DNA of 64,000 nt from Monocercomonoides exilis PA203 (lineage: Eukaryota; Protista; Preaxostyla), in NCBI GenBank assembly GCA_001643675.2, contig LSRY02000021.1, positions 806,001 to 870,000 on the forward strand. The letters are read 5' to 3'. Every line of letters starts with the position of its first letter. Within the stretch, counting starts at the first letter, position 1. Positions 22,666-36,839 of the stretch are shown here, piece after piece. Under the pieces are notes generated by a model. It searched no databases. It was given only the letters and a program-made list of their open reading frames with translations, and was not told where the DNA came from. The translations under genes were made by a program, and so were the position numbers.

Positions 22666-23972
22666 TTTCAGTCTGTCCAAAAATAATGTTGATCTGTCCA
22701 AAAAATATCGTTCATCCCATCGACAATATTAAAAATACTCGCCCAATATTGAATGATGTGATTATTACTGCTAAATTTTTTGTCACCCACATGGTTTTTG
22801 TGATGTCATAGCGTAAACGTATTATTAAGAAACAGATTAGGAAAGGTTTGTAAAATGTTATATATTTCATTACATTGTCCTAATTAATAAATTTAATTCA
22901 CAATTTTATCTGTCTGAAAATTTTTTCAAACAAAGCAGAAATTGTAATTTAATGAAAGAAAATCAATAAGAAGTTGTCAAGGAAAGGGGTTATTGATAAA
23001 TTGAAGGTCTGAATTTGTTAAAAAGAGAAAATGTGTTCATTTGTTTTCTCGTTGAAACAACAGTTACAGATTCGGGCAGTTGCTATATATTGAAGTTTGT
23101 TTTCGATGAACAATTTTTTTCTTTCATATTCAATTTTTTTGAATGGGAAATCTTTATGATTGCTTGTGAAAACAACACTGCTTAATTTTATTAACATAAA
23201 ACAGGATAAAGTCATTTGTTTTATGAGTGAAGCAAAATACATGTTCTACCATTGAGTGGAATTTTATTTTTATATTTTTTCATATGTTTTTTTCCTGAAA
23301 ATTGTTATTTTTGTAATAAGAATTTATTCTATTTATCCTTATCACTTTGTGACAAAAAGTTCAAATATTTTTTCTAACTGTTTATGTGAGTTTATTATGT
23401 CATTATTCATAAAACTTTGTTTTTATTAAACAGGATTTGATTTTTGAGATAGATTTATTTCTGGTTTCGTTTTTTGAAGACAAGAGGAAGAGGAAATAAA
23501 AACAATAAATAGCAAATAATCGAATGTGTTATGATTTTCAAACGAAATTGTTTTGTTCATAATTGTTTGAAATATGTTCAATGTGAAACAAAATTTAAAG
23601 TAATATCATTGAAGTACTTGTTTATCAAAAAAGGAATATTTATTGAAAGAGAAACAAAGGATACAACATTAATTAAAATTCAATTCGTTGAAAGAGTTCG
23701 TATTGAAGAAAATTTTCTTTTCAGACAGATTTCTGGATAAATTGATAACTATTAAATATTCCGTTGAAGAACAATATTATTTTTATATAATCAACATGAA
23801 CGTTAGCAAAAAATAATATGGATCACACTCACTTCATAAAAAAAGCAATCACTCCATTTTCCACTCGAGGTCAAAAATTCTTGTTTGTTTTAAATCAAAT
23901 AAATGAAAAATATGGTACATCTTTTTTTAAATGAGCATGGGATGATCAACATTATTTTTGGACAGATTGAAT
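22666..23972. mobile_element. Non-autonomous TIR DNA element (MITE-like, Tc1/mariner-pogo type), TA on both sides
   Basis: ttcagtctgtccaaaaataatgttgatc (22667-22694) vs gatcaacattatttttggacagattgaa (23944-23971): 27/28 inverted match. TA lies at equivalent positions (22664-65, 23973-74). Further subterminal inverted matches: catcccat/atgggatg and atctgtctgaaaa/ttttcagacagat. No credible internal ORF. Confidence 0.7.
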
Positions 23973-24268
23973 TAAGAATAATTCGAAAAGTTAACGTTCA
24001 AACAAAAATAAATTTCAGGAAAGAACAAACAGAAAAGTCAAACATCCAATTATGGGCGAACAAACATAAAGAGGAGAAGAAAAAATTTCTTCTTTTCAAT
24101 TTGATATTTTTCGATAACTCTGAATTGTTTAGCAAAAAAACTATGAATTCAAAATTCAAATAGAAAATTATGAATAGTTGGTAGATAATCCGAGTAAATT
24201 ATTATCAATAGAAAACAGTTATTCAAAAAAGATACAATGAAATGTTCTATGTAAATATATGAAAAAAC

Positions 24269-25635
24269 TTAATCGAAAGTGAAAATTCTGCCCTTCGAGT
24301 AATCAATCAAGTGGGTTTTGTTGATGGAAGCTTCGCAACCTTCAACAGGAGATGTTTCACTGAGGCTTTTCAGGACAATTTCAGGATTAAAGGGCCAAAT
24401 ACCAGAATCTCTGAAAGATGCTACGATGGTAGATGGCTATAATGCTTCTGATAATGCTTCCTTAAATTCTTTGACGAAGTTGGATCTGTTTGATGATGCA
24501 TTGCTTCGCGCAAAGTCTGTTTCAGTAGTGTAAATAATTTTCTTTATGTTAGCATTGACATATTTCTCTAATGGCTGGACGATGTGCGAGGTGTGCGAAG
24601 GAGGAAATACAATATCGATCCTATTTTCCTTTGCCAGTTCCAAAACATCTTTGTTCGTGTGGGTTGTGGCACCATCCATATGCAGGCATGCAGGAAAGTT
24701 AGATAATCACATTAGTTTTCTTCTTCTATCAATTGAATCAACTACAACATATTTGAATAGGTCAAAGAATAAAGAAGAATCCATTCCTTTCTTTGTGGTG
24801 GCAGAGAAAACAAAGTTGTCGGAGTTGGCCTGTGCATATTCCTGAGGAAGAAATGTAGGATGGCTGATCACAGAAGTCTTGCAATGCTCCCCGTCAGCAG
24901 AAATAAGTAAAAGCAAGGAAATAGATGGAGGAAGTGGTGCTTCTTGTGAAATTTGGATGGGACAATCCGGCAGAGTTATTACCTTCGTTGATTCAGTTGT
25001 GTCTCTTTTCATATAAGTTTCATCGAGATTGAATATTAATTGTGGAATATATTTCTTCTTCTTATATAATTCTTCCAAATCTTCAAAAAAAGGACGCAAA
25101 ATGAGCCTTGTTGAGTGTTCGATTCTATTGATTGGAAGTTTTGTAGGTTTTTTTAATAAAGATCCTTTTATTTTGGAAAAAAAAGAATAACCCCACTTTT
25201 TATTCACAGCCTTTTTATTTACGCTTTCGTTCTTTTTTGAAGAAGAAATGAAACTAGCCTATTTATAATTAAAAAATAATTAAATAATTGAAATAACAAA
25301 ATTCAAACTGCATTTGTGCATTGCTTTGCAGTTGTTCCTTTAAGATGGTGTGAATCATTTTTTATTTGCATTGATATTCCATCGCGATACTGTTTTCTGA
25401 TTTTCCAGGGTCTTCCATTTATTCCGACGTCTCAATATTCATTTTTCGCCTGAACAGCTCTGTAGTATGCACTCTTCGAAATCAATCCTTCCTTGAATAC
25501 ATCTGATGCTCTGAAACCTTCTTTTACAATTATTTTCCGGATTCTTAGCTGCCTTGTTGAATCCTTTCTATATTCAGACGAAGAAAGAAAAGATATAAAT
25601 CTGCGAAGGTTAAATTTTTCTCGTTGTTTTTTCAT
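24269..25635 (-). pseudogene. pogo/CENP-B-like DDE_1 transposase pseudogene with one intron (25259-25308) and three in-frame stops
   Basis: Reconstructed frame: N-terminal helical region + GRP; KWGYSFF; IFNLDET; LLISADG; MDGATTH; FPPSHTSHIVQPLE; FRDSGIWPFNP. Stops are TGA 25432-34, TGA 24707-09 and TAG 24437-39, all in frame. The 50-nt GT..AG intron preserves frame. Confidence 0.88.
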
Positions 25636-27125
25636 AACAACACATAAAGGGGGTGATCATTAAGAAAATTTTACGGGTTGTCTACTTTTTCACGGGTTAT
25701 CAACCAACTAAAATATTTTAAAAATTAAATCAAAGCAACGATATTGTGGGCTTATTTGCACATTCTTTTCACAATTATTTCTAAACTGATAAACCAGAAA
25801 AAACTCGAAACAAGTCAATCATTCTTGTAAAGGCTTCATCAAAATCAGTTAGATGATAAAAAGCAAAATCCGCTGTGATTAGCAATTGGGACGAAAATTT
25901 TTAACTTTATGAATTTTGTTCTACACTATACTCTAAAGGATTTTTCTCATCTTTTTTTATATTTCTTTATTTTATTTTGCATCAGATTGTTAGAATTATA
26001 ATAATTCTTATGAAGAAAAATTTGGAACAAATCATTGAATTTTTCATAAATAAAAGAATTCTGTCCCAATTATGAAAAAATTGAAAAAAAAATGTTTTTA
26101 AACGCAATTCGAAACCAGATTGAAAATTTTTTAAATTTATTTTTTATTGAATCCGATGGAAAAGCATTTTGATGAAGATGAAAAGAAGAATGCCAACAAT
26201 TAGACAGCACTTGGAAAGAAAATATGAAGAAAAAATTTTTTCAGAAAAAAAATGTGGATGATGGTATCGAAAGAAGGATATTTGTGTGGGAATAAAGGAT
26301 GATGGAGAAATGAGCACTGAGAAACAATGGAAAAGGAGATTGACAGCATTAGTGATTGACAATCCTCTGCATTTGCGACGGGGAAGATGTATGCGTTCTT
26401 TTGAGGAATTTTTAAAATCAATTCAAAACAAATTTCTTTTTGCTTTGTATCTTTTTTCCCCACTCCAAACAACAGCATTATTTGTGCTGAGCGTCATTCG
26501 CAGGACAATCCATTTAAAGCAGCATTTTTGAAGGCAGTGAGTTTTCTTCTCCTTCTCCTTCGATCTCTTCATTAACGATATTATAGCTTGGCTGATGGAA
26601 AGAACGCATTCTTCTTATTTGAGAATTTGTTGTTTGAATAGCCAAAAAATTCTCGAATTGCGACATAGAATGAATCTTCCTTCTCTTGCTGCCGTTGGCT
26701 GATGTGAAATTCGAATCTGTCCATTATGTTTGCATATTCTTCATTTGAGTCTTGCTTGACTTTGCTGTTCAGCTCTTCCAAAGGGCACCATCAAACTCAA
26801 TTCATATTATTTCTCTTTCACATTCTCTTTCTTCTTTTTCTTCTTTCGTTCTTTCTTCTGCTCTGCTGCTGCCAAAACTTTATTTGCGAAAGCTGTCTAT
26901 GAGTTGCATTCGGATCATTCTGCACAATTATCACTGCCATCATCATCATCATCATCTTCTCCTTCTTCTATTGAATAACCCTCTAACCTTGTAAAATTAC
27001 TTATTACTCATATTATTTCTTTTCATTTCTTCTTTCAATGAAAAATCTTGATTGCAATAAAAATAATGAGAAGAAGAAGAAGGAGAAAGAAAAAGAGAAG
27101 TGAAACGAGAATTAGGGAGGAATGA

Positions 27126-27190
27126 AAGAGAAAGAGAAAGAGAAAGAGAAAGAGAAAGAGAAAGAGAAAGAGAAGAAGAAGAAGAAGAAA
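27126..27190. repeat. (AAGAGA)n hexamer microsatellite grading into (GAA)n
   Basis: Directly visible. Confidence 0.9.
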
Positions 27191-28112
27191 AGAAGATTAT
27201 GATGATAATGGATTTGGGAAAGATTTTGCAACACATGAAAGTTATGGTGTAGACATTTCTGTTGGTGACTGTTGAAGAAGCAGAGACAAAGGAGAATGTG
27301 CAATTCTGTTTAAAAAAGAAGAAGGTATATGAGAATATTTGCACAATGCACTTTTTTTTAAGTGCCTGCTAAAGAAAAATCGACAATGGATTGAATATGT
27401 TGATCTTCAAAACAAAGGAGGTGGCATGCACCAGATGGGATTTATGTAACTTTCTCTTGAAAATGCTGGGCCCGAAGAATTCGGAAATCGCGAGATAGAA
27501 TGCAAGAGACTTTGGGAGCGCTAACGCAAATTGGCTGTTTCTGCACATTACACTTGATCATCTTCAAATGAAGAGTCAGTAACAATTGGTAGGTAAAATT
27601 TCATTACAACTTAATAAACCGCAGAGTTGGATGGTGAAAAACAATCTTCTGCTACGATTGAATAGCAATTTTATCAATAGGATGTGCTTTGTTGATGTTC
27701 TTTATCATCTTCTACTTGGCATTATTTTTTCATCAGTTTCCAAAGGCACAAATCCACAAGCGTTTGGAAAAACTGCATGCAACGAATTATACATAAAAAA
27801 TGTTCGGAACGAAAATTTTTCTTGAATGACTTCAGCAAAAATGTGCGTTTACATCGAAGATTAACTTTTAATTTGGTTGAAGCATTGGAGAAAAAGTAAA
27901 TTCTGTTCCATCGACATCAGCCAAATGCTTTGACTCAATTTTGCAATTGTTGTAAGCTGATTGATTTATCGTCTTCAATCATATAAACTATACAATATCT
28001 TCTTCAGATGAAAGGATTCAACGACAGAAGAATCCAAAACAAAAAAATCTTTCAATTGTTTAATGGTTCCATGCTCCTTTTTTTAAAAACAGAATAGAAA
28101 TGTTATTTCTAT

Positions 28113-28430
28113 TCAAATTGTATTTGACAACAAGATGGAATAAATTTCTACGATATAAAATGCATATTCATAAAAAAAGCTCTTGATTAACTGTTTTATC
28201 CTGAAGAAATATTCTGTCGTATTCTTCAAGGAAATTTTGCTATCATTCTCCAAACAATCGATTTCTTGAAAACACATTATATCAGAATTCTGCAAAACAA
28301 CATCATTAAATTGCATTTTCAATCGAGCATGTGAATCTTCTAAATAATAATCTGCAAACGTAAATTCATCGTTTATGCGTTCTTTACAACAAGTAATATA
28401 AATAAACAATTGTAAAGATACAATGCCCAC
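28113..28430 (-). pseudogene. Possible degraded endonuclease/exonuclease/phosphatase (CCR4/nocturnin- or APE-like) fragment
   Basis: Only the motif RLKMQFNDVVLQNSDIMCFQEID (resembles EEP DIxCxQE); surrounding frames are broken. Confidence 0.3.
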
Positions 28431-28548
28431 AAAGTATTTCTAAATCGATGTTTTCTACCGTTTGTAAATAATGAATTTCTTCCTTCGATTTCCCATAAAA
28501 AATAATTGTGGTTAATTTTTTTCTGATATTCTTTTTTTCTTCATTTTG

Positions 28549-31500
28549 ATGCATAATGAAGAAAATGATCTACAATCTTTCGAACACTACCTACCCCCTC
28601 TACAGCAAACATCTTCATCAAGCACATCAATGTCTTCTACTCTTATTTTAAATGAAAAAACTGCAGAAAGACAACAATCGACATTTCTTGTCACATCCAG
28701 CGGCCTACTTGAAATTCCTCCTCAAACCGAAGAGTTTTTTATTATCTTTTATTTTTTGTTTTTGTTTTTCATTTATTAAAATGTTTTTCCAGGACTTTTT
28801 CTTCTCCAAATCTGTTTCATAAAACGCAATCTCCTGATTTGAAAGGGCAAAGTGAAGCACCTCATTATTCAAAACCTCAAGAAAATTGTATTACTCCAAC
28901 GTTCAACAGATCAAAATTAGAAGCGAGAATGTCTTCCCGATTTGATACTTCATCAATGATTCATGAATCATTTATCAAAGTTTTTAATTTGTTTAATTAA
29001 GTTTCAAATTTTAACCATGCTTTTCAACATTATAGGATATGGAAAAGTTTTTGGATAAAGATGTGACACATCCAGTCGATCCTGCTGCTGCAATTGCAAA
29101 GAAAGCCAATGAGGGTGCTCTTCGTCGAGCTCCCATGTATTATCATCAAAGGGCCCGCGAATTTTCTCTTTCATCGCCAAAAGTTCAAAAAGCAAGTTTA
29201 ACTCCGGACTCAAAATTCGCACGGCAGTCTATAGATGCCTCTTCCCGAAGAACAAAGTCTCAACTATCTGTCAGAAGATCAATGGACCAAGTGAATTTGG
29301 CAAAATCGAGTTCAGATAATGTGCCACCGCCACTGCGATCTCTTTCGCCAAATATGGTTGCTGACATCACATCACAACAGACCAACGATCTGTGCGACGA
29401 ACTGTGGACGGCTCTTGATGAAAATAATACGAAAAATCGAAATTTTGACAGAAGTCTTTCTTCTTCGACTTCTCAAATAGAGTCTCATTCTCTGATGCTA
29501 ACGCAATCAGCACATTCTTCTTCTCGCGAAGTTAAACGCACGAGGATGCGTTCAAGAACACCAAATTCTTCTTTGTATGAAGATCGACGTCAAGCGACAT
29601 CACAAATTTCTTCCTCGCTAAGCACGCCAATATCCTCTCGCAACTCCACTTCCCTCGCAAATGCCAGCACTCCACTTTCTTCCTCGCAAGCCTCATTTGC
29701 CCCTTCGTCCCGCACCGTGTTTGATGCCAAGCACCGCGACGTGACGTGGTCTCGTGGCACCTTTGCAGATCACATTCCAGCCACTCGGCAGGATGTGGTT
29801 GCGCTCGACGAGCAGCTCACACGCGACTTGGAGAAGTTTTCAGGCCCGACAGACGCCGAGCGCCGGCTGAACGTGCTGGTGCAGACGATGGACGAGCTGG
29901 TAAGGCAGATCTCCGTCGAGTCTGCGTCGCGCGGAAGGCTCACTGCGAAAGTGTTCAACATTCTGAAGAGCGAGACAGAGAAGATCGTTCCGCTGTCGCA
30001 GTCGCTGCGGGACGTGGAGCTGCAACTGGCTGCAAAGGGAATAGAAATGGAGGAGGAGCGCAGGAAGAAAGACGAGGAAATACAGAAGCTGCTTGCTGCT
30101 GCAGAGGCTGACCACGCGGAAGTGGCGGGAAACAGCTCATATTTCGAACTGGCAACTGAAACGCGGAATTTGCGACAAGCGAATGAAATACTCAAGAAAG
30201 AGAAAGACGAAGTGCTGGCACATTCTCTGAAGGAGTCACAGCTGAAGCAGCATTACGAAGACGAGAACTTCCAGATGATCAAGAAGTGCGATGCACTGAT
30301 GAAGTCGATCATCAGCCTACGGACGCAGCTGGAAGACAAGCTGCGCATTCTGATGGCGCTGGAGGCGTCAGAGGCAGAAAACAGACGTGCACGAGAGGTT
30401 TTGGAAAAGCGAGTGTTGGAAAGAGAAGAAGAAATAGCAGCAGACATTGAAGAAGCCGTGGAAGATGCGCTGACAGATGCAGAGATGAAGAGGAGGGAGA
30501 AGTGGAAGGAGGCTGAGACGGAGACTGACAACAGCCCAGAATCCCTGAGGGATTTGAGAGCATGGGCACTGAAGCTTCTTCCACCACTGTGCGACAAGTC
30601 ACAGCAGACAGATGAAAACCGGAATGTGTGGGAGACGCGATTGAAGACGGCGCTGGGAGAGAAGGCAGAAGTGGAGCAGCAGCTGAAGGAAGCGAAGGCG
30701 GACATGGAGATGATGATGACGACGCAGAAGGAGAACGAGCGGCAGATCCAGCAGGAAAAGCAGAAACTCGCAGAAAGATCGAAGCTGCTTGCGCAGAACG
30801 AGGCAGAATGCGCCAGTCTGACGAAGAAAGCGCAGGCGATGAAAGAAGAAGCGTTGAAGCAGAAGAACCAGAACGAGGTTGACCAGATCTTGTTTCAGAA
30901 GGAGAAAGAAGACTTTGAGATAAAAATGGCTGACGACAGGGCGCTGTTTAAGGAAGAGATGAAGGAAACGCTGCTCGATTTTGACAGGCAAAGGCAGGAA
31001 ATTGCAGCAGACAGGAAAAAACTGGAAGAAGACAGAGCAGAATTTGAGGCGGAAAAGGAAGCAGAGGAAAAAGAGAAAGAGAAATGGAAGGAGGAAATGG
31101 AGCAGAAGCAAAAAGAACATGAAGAATGGGCAGAAGCGCTGCACCAACGTGAGCTGAATGTGATTGAAGAGGAAGAAAACCTGAAAGAAAAGATCGGAAT
31201 TAGCAAGATGGAAGATGAGGAGAAGAGAAAAGAGATGGAGAAAGAGAAGAAAGCAGTGAAGGCGTCGAAAGCAGATTTGGATGCAAAAGAAAGAGAAAGA
31301 AAAGCAGAAGAAGAGAACAAAAAGCAAACAGACGACAAACAGATGCAAATGACACTGGTACAAAAAGACGAATCAATCGAGAAATTGGCAAAAGAATTGT
31401 CTCAAATGAAGAATGAACTAGAAGAGGCACAAAACAAAGTTGAAGCACTTTACAGTCAACTTTCAGAGAAACAAAACAAACTGAGCAGCGCAACAAATGA

Positions 31501-34500
31501 AATAGAATCACTTCAAAAGCAGATGTCGCAGCAGGAAAAAGCGATTTCCAGAGAATTCTCTGCTTCCAAAGAAGCAAAAAATCCAGAAAACACCTCGTCT
31601 CCACCAACGTCTCAATCTCAGCCCATGAAAATGCCTATGGAAGAAGCCGGGACTGAGTCCGAGCCTTTGGTCGACTTTAATCTTTGCAGTCTCGACGAGG
31701 CCTCGTTTCTCTCGCTGGATGATTCTGCTGTCCCGCAGCACATTCAGCTTCTTCTCCATCCGCCGCCAACGCCTCTAAAACTGCCTCCATCACGAGACCG
31801 CCGCCTGCCGCTAACAGCAATCATCACACTGGAGGACAAAGCAGTCGGGATGACTGACAGGGCGATGGTCAGCGAAGATGACTTGAGAATACAGCCAGAG
31901 CCGCTGGATGAAAGTGCAGACAGGCGAAGTGCAGAGGATGTTTCGCGGAAAGCGCTGAGGGCACAGTCTGTTGGAACAAGCACAACGACGCTGCCGAAGG
32001 CAGAAAGGAAGCAGAGTTCAGACGCTTCGGATATTCAACGGTTGATTGACGATGCTTCGGTGATATATTCGTCCTCTGCTTCTTCTTCTTCTGGTTCTGA
32101 TAGTGCCTTTATGAATGAAACACAAAAGTCATCTGACAATGCTGAAGCCAATGGTTATGCTGAGGAAAGGCCCCAGACGGTTTATTCGTCGCTTGATGAG
32201 CAGCGCGCAGAATATGCGCAGTATCGCCACTCTGCTTCTCGTTTGTTCAGAGAAAAAGCAGTTTCTACAAGCGAAGTAGAAACAAACACGAATCTGTCAA
32301 TCACTCCGTTTTCGGCGGAGGAAAGGCAGCTGACGATTCTGGCGAAGGCGAAGCAGTGGGAAGCAATTGTAAGTGCGGGAGTGGATTTGCCATCGACGAT
32401 TGAGCGAATGAAAGATGTGGACACTCAAACAAAAGTGATGATGGTTGACAGAGAATTCGATGGGAATGAGAAGCATATTTCAGCTGTGAGCAGAGAAAGG
32501 AAGAAAAAAGATGTCAAACTGGCTGCAAAGAGTAAAAACGAAGAAAATAAAAATAATTCTGGACCAAGCAGAATACTGCGAGGGCATGTCAGCTCGAAAT
32601 ACTATCCGAAAAATGAAGACAATTTGAATGGAATGCAATCAACTAACTTGTCTATGATGCCAAATCCAGCAGAAGCTGAGCCTTCTGTTCAAATCACTTC
32701 GCTGGAATTCACCTCCTCTTCAGCTGCTAATAATGTCCCATCAGCAACGCTGTTATCGTCATCATATTCTTCTTCTTCTTCTCCGGTTGCTCTTTCATCA
32801 AAGCGACTCAATTCATCCAATGGAACTCGGATGCAATCAACGTTTTCTTCTTCTCCTTCTCGTTCTCCTTCGCCTTCTTCATCAGTTTCTCCATCTGCTC
32901 GTCCAGAGGGCTCTTATTATCGCTCCACAACACCTCTTCCGCATTCAGTCATGCCCACAACACCTGTTTCATCTTCACAAACTCCCTCTCAGCTTATCCG
33001 TTCACCATCACCTTTGGCAGCTGTTCGCATCCGCCAAGAGAACGAAATGAATGAACCTAAAATGCGTTCTTCGATCAATCTCGCTTCTGCTTCTGCTTCT
33101 GCTTCTGCTTCTGCCTCTTCGTCTTCGTCTTCGTCTTCGTCTTCTACTGGTTCAAAGAGAAAACAGTCATATTCATCATCAAATGCCCCACAAACACCAA
33201 ATGGCAAAAGCAAATCAAAAGCATCAAAAGGCACACAAACATTTCCTTTGTTTGATCAGCTTCTATCAGCTGTGGACATCACAGAAAGCAAAATGCAGCA
33301 GCTGGTTGATTCGCTGGGCCTGACTCATTTTGAGCCCAATCACTCATCTTCTCCTCATGCCTCGCCTTTCACACAGCCATCAGTCAATAACTCAAGCGAC
33401 GACTCATCTTTGCAAATGAACGATAATTCAGAGAATGAGAAAGCGAATGCGAAAGAGAAAGAGAAACTGTTGCCTGAGAATGCTGATCCTTCTGTTGCGT
33501 CAGCTTTGGACAAATCACCAGCACGCTCAAGTATCATTGCAGAGATGCTGAAGCTGCAGGCGATTGTGTTGGACTGCTTTGAGAAAATAAGCAGTTTTGA
33601 AGCTCAACTGGATGAGTCAGCGCAGTCGATAGGGCAGGATGGAAACAAGAAAGCAAGCAGAAAAGGAAGGAATGGCGCTTCTTCTCGCTTAAAGCAAGAT
33701 CCTGGTGGGTTTAACGCATTGAGGGAAGGAAATGCAATGGACGGTTCTGCACTCAATTTGGATTCAACTGAAACAGAAGAAAACGAAGCAATTGAAAAAG
33801 AAGAATTTAATAACAAAGCAGATGAAGCGACATCATCATCATCAACGAATCCTTCTCAAGCAATGCAGAAATATGAGATCAAACTGGAAAAGCCTGTTTC
33901 ACTTCGTTCTCTTCTCAAAGGCAGCTCCTCTTCTTCAGTTACCGCCAAGCCGCTTGTCTGGCTCATTCGGATGATTCGGATGTTGTATGAAGAAAAGCAG
34001 TTGTCAGACGCTTCGTGTGACAGGCACTTTCAGCCGAGAAACGCATTCCCTATGCACGTGTTTGAGTGGGTGAACCAGCGCTACGGGATCCGCTCGCTTG
34101 TGGAGCAGATGTGCTGGGAGCTCATCCACTCGGTAGATGCGCAGAAGGAGAAAAACGACGAAGTGCGGATCTTCGCAGACTTTCTGGAGGGCGTTTACCC
34201 GGTCGGCCATCTCTCTTTCTTCCTCATTGCGCGGCTTCTGGCGATACACTCTGTGTCTACACTGATGGCAGCAATAGACACAATTTACGTGCCTCCGAAC
34301 CACATTCCGCTGCAAGTGGCGCTGTCAATTGCATCGCTGCTGTTCTCTTTTCTGAGTGAAGCTGACTTTTCTATGTTACAGCGCTCAATTGAAACTGCAG
34401 CGAACAAGGCAACCAACCGGCTTCGAATAAAGCAAAGTATTCATCAGAACAGAATGGAAGAGAAAGAAACAAGCAAAAGTACACAAAAGCCGTTATCTTC

Positions 34501-36406
34501 ATTGACTTCATTGCCATCCACAACTACTCAGCGTACTCAAGGTTCTCCTGTGCCTCCATCTTCTCCTGTTTCATTCACTCTGGTTGGCACTTCGAATACA
34601 CTTCTCGACACAAAAGCTTCGTTCCAGCAGACTTACATGAGCAATGTCTCACAACAACAATTGCAGCAGCCACAACAAACTCCTTTATCAAACACTTTAC
34701 AGACTCGTCAACAGAAAAACGACAAAAAAACTGCCAAAAAAGCAGAAGTCAACGAAGATCGATTTGATCCAGATCAACATGTTTCAACCACTTCAAACGG
34801 AATTGTTCGAGGAAGATGCTCCTCACCCAATAATCCATTGCTTCTTTCTCGAACAACCACTTCAACATCCAATCCCACATCAGTTTCTTCTTCCTCCTCC
34901 TCTTCCTCTTCCTCTTCCACATCTGATCAGAACATTCAAGAAATGGCTCAGCAGCGCAAAGCCCTCCGCTCTCGCAACCGAGCACTGCCTGCATATGCAC
35001 GTGAGCTCTTCCTTTCAGACGCACTTGCTGTGGACGACCCATCATCGCTGGTTGTGCTGCAGCTGCCGCGTTTCCTGCAGCTCCTCCTCCGCTGCTTTGA
35101 TGCCCAGCACACCAAATTTCAGTCGTATGTTGTTTCGCTCTTTGCCATTGTCGACTCAGACAATGACAGTTTGATCGATGCAAGCGAGTTTGCTGTGCTG
35201 GCAATGCAATGCTGCCCATTGCTGAATGAAACAGAGATTCAGAGTATGTTCCGAGTAGCTGTTGCTTCGCTAAAGACACCGCGCCTCAATCTACAGCAGG
35301 TGCTGGCAATTGCCAGAGACAATGAGTTTTTCAGAAAGAATGTGAGTGGAACAGTAACATTCACTGGAAGTGATAGAAGCGCTTCAATCGCGATGTTTGT
35401 ACAGAGCTTGCTGACTCCGTTTATGCAGGGAAAGCAGAACAACGTGCCAGCTTCTGCCTCACTCTCATCGCTACAGATGAAAGGCTCGTCTGCATTGTAT
35501 CCATCACTAGCTGCACGCTCATTTTCACAAACAATGCCAAAAACACTAGCAACATCCACCACATCTATCGCATCAGCGCCATTTGAAGATGCGCCTGATG
35601 AACCGTCTGTTAATCAGCGTGTGCTGCAAGCGAAAGCTCTTGGTGCGATTTTTATAGCTCCTCTTTCTTCTTCTAGCGCTGCCCCTTCTGTTCATCCAAC
35701 ATCCACATCACGTCCAGGCACTCAAAACATTTCATCTTCATTGGATGTCACTTCTTCTGTTGGATCGAGTACTTCTTTGGCTTCTTTCTTCACTTCGTCT
35801 TCATCTTCATCTGCTTCTTTATTCTCTTCAAAGGATCTCAGTTCTTCTCGGCAACCTGTTGATTCCCCAACTTCTGTTGCCACTTCTCTTTCATTTCGCT
35901 CTACTGATGCTGCATCCATCTTGTCTTCTATCTTGCTTGTGCGGTGGACGCAACTGCAGGAACAGTTTGATTCCAGAAGCATCCCTCTTCTCCGCTCTCT
36001 TCATCCTCAGCTTGCGAATAGTTTGCTGCCAACTCTGCAGCCCATCAGAGACAAAATAGAAGCATCACTTTCTACAACTGCATCGTCTTCTTCTTCTATG
36101 AAACTTGCAAAGGATGGACTACAAGACAAAGAGACATCTAATGATGCCAACAATACCACATCTGCTCAGCTTCCTCTGACTGCATTGAATCAAATCCGTC
36201 AGCTTCTTTCAGAGTTTGGCAATATTCAGGGCAAGTTTGAGGAGATGCTGGTTGTTTCCAACACATCGTCTTCTTCTCCTTGCCTGATGATGAATTCTCT
36301 GATTGACGGGATTGACGAAGAACTTGATTTGATTCTTCGTGCGATCGACATCAGAGAGAAAGCGTTGTGGAATGCGACTTCGAGTAAAAATCAGTTTCCC
36401 ACCTGA
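28549..36406 (+). CDS. Giant coiled-coil protein with axonemal dynein light chain (p28)-like domain, a TSNAXIP1-like helical block and an EF-hand; 2 small 5' introns (~28734-28792, ~28980-29036)
   Basis: 2455-aa main ORF. TRQDVVALDEQL...DELVRQISVESASRGRL resembles the Ax_dynein_light motif, followed by a long E/K heptad region, KPLVWLIRMIRMLYEEK...RYG...WELI...EVRIFADFL, and DSDNDSLIDASEF (canonical EF loop). Confidence 0.8.
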
Positions 36407-36839
36407 ACAAAAGAAGGGAGGGAGAGAGTTGAAAATGAGCATTCTGGACAAAAAAGCATGCATGAAATAAAGATGTTTTTATGTATCTAATATTTGATTA
36501 ACACCCATATTGAATGAAATTTGAGTTGTAATGAATTACACTTTTATATGTTTTATCTGTGTGTGTTATTTTTCGTTGATAGTTTTTTGTTGTTTTCAAC
36601 TTATCAAAAAAAAAAGAAAGAAATTTCAAAATTGAACACTATCCGATTAAAATAAAATAGAAAACTTGAAAGCAACGAACATTTTCGTTGCACAACTGCG
36701 AAAAGAAAAGAGATAATGCATAAAAAATAGAAATAAAACACAAAGATATAAACATTAATTTTGTAAAAAACACAGAATATCTATAAAAGAAGATATTTAT
36801 TGAACAGCATGACTTTCGATAAGTCAAGTTAGTATTCAA

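Noticed and set aside
26144-27560. Purine-skewed coding-like sequence on both strands
   Set aside because: Frames are riddled with stops and contain no recognisable motif. Likely gene debris but not assignable.
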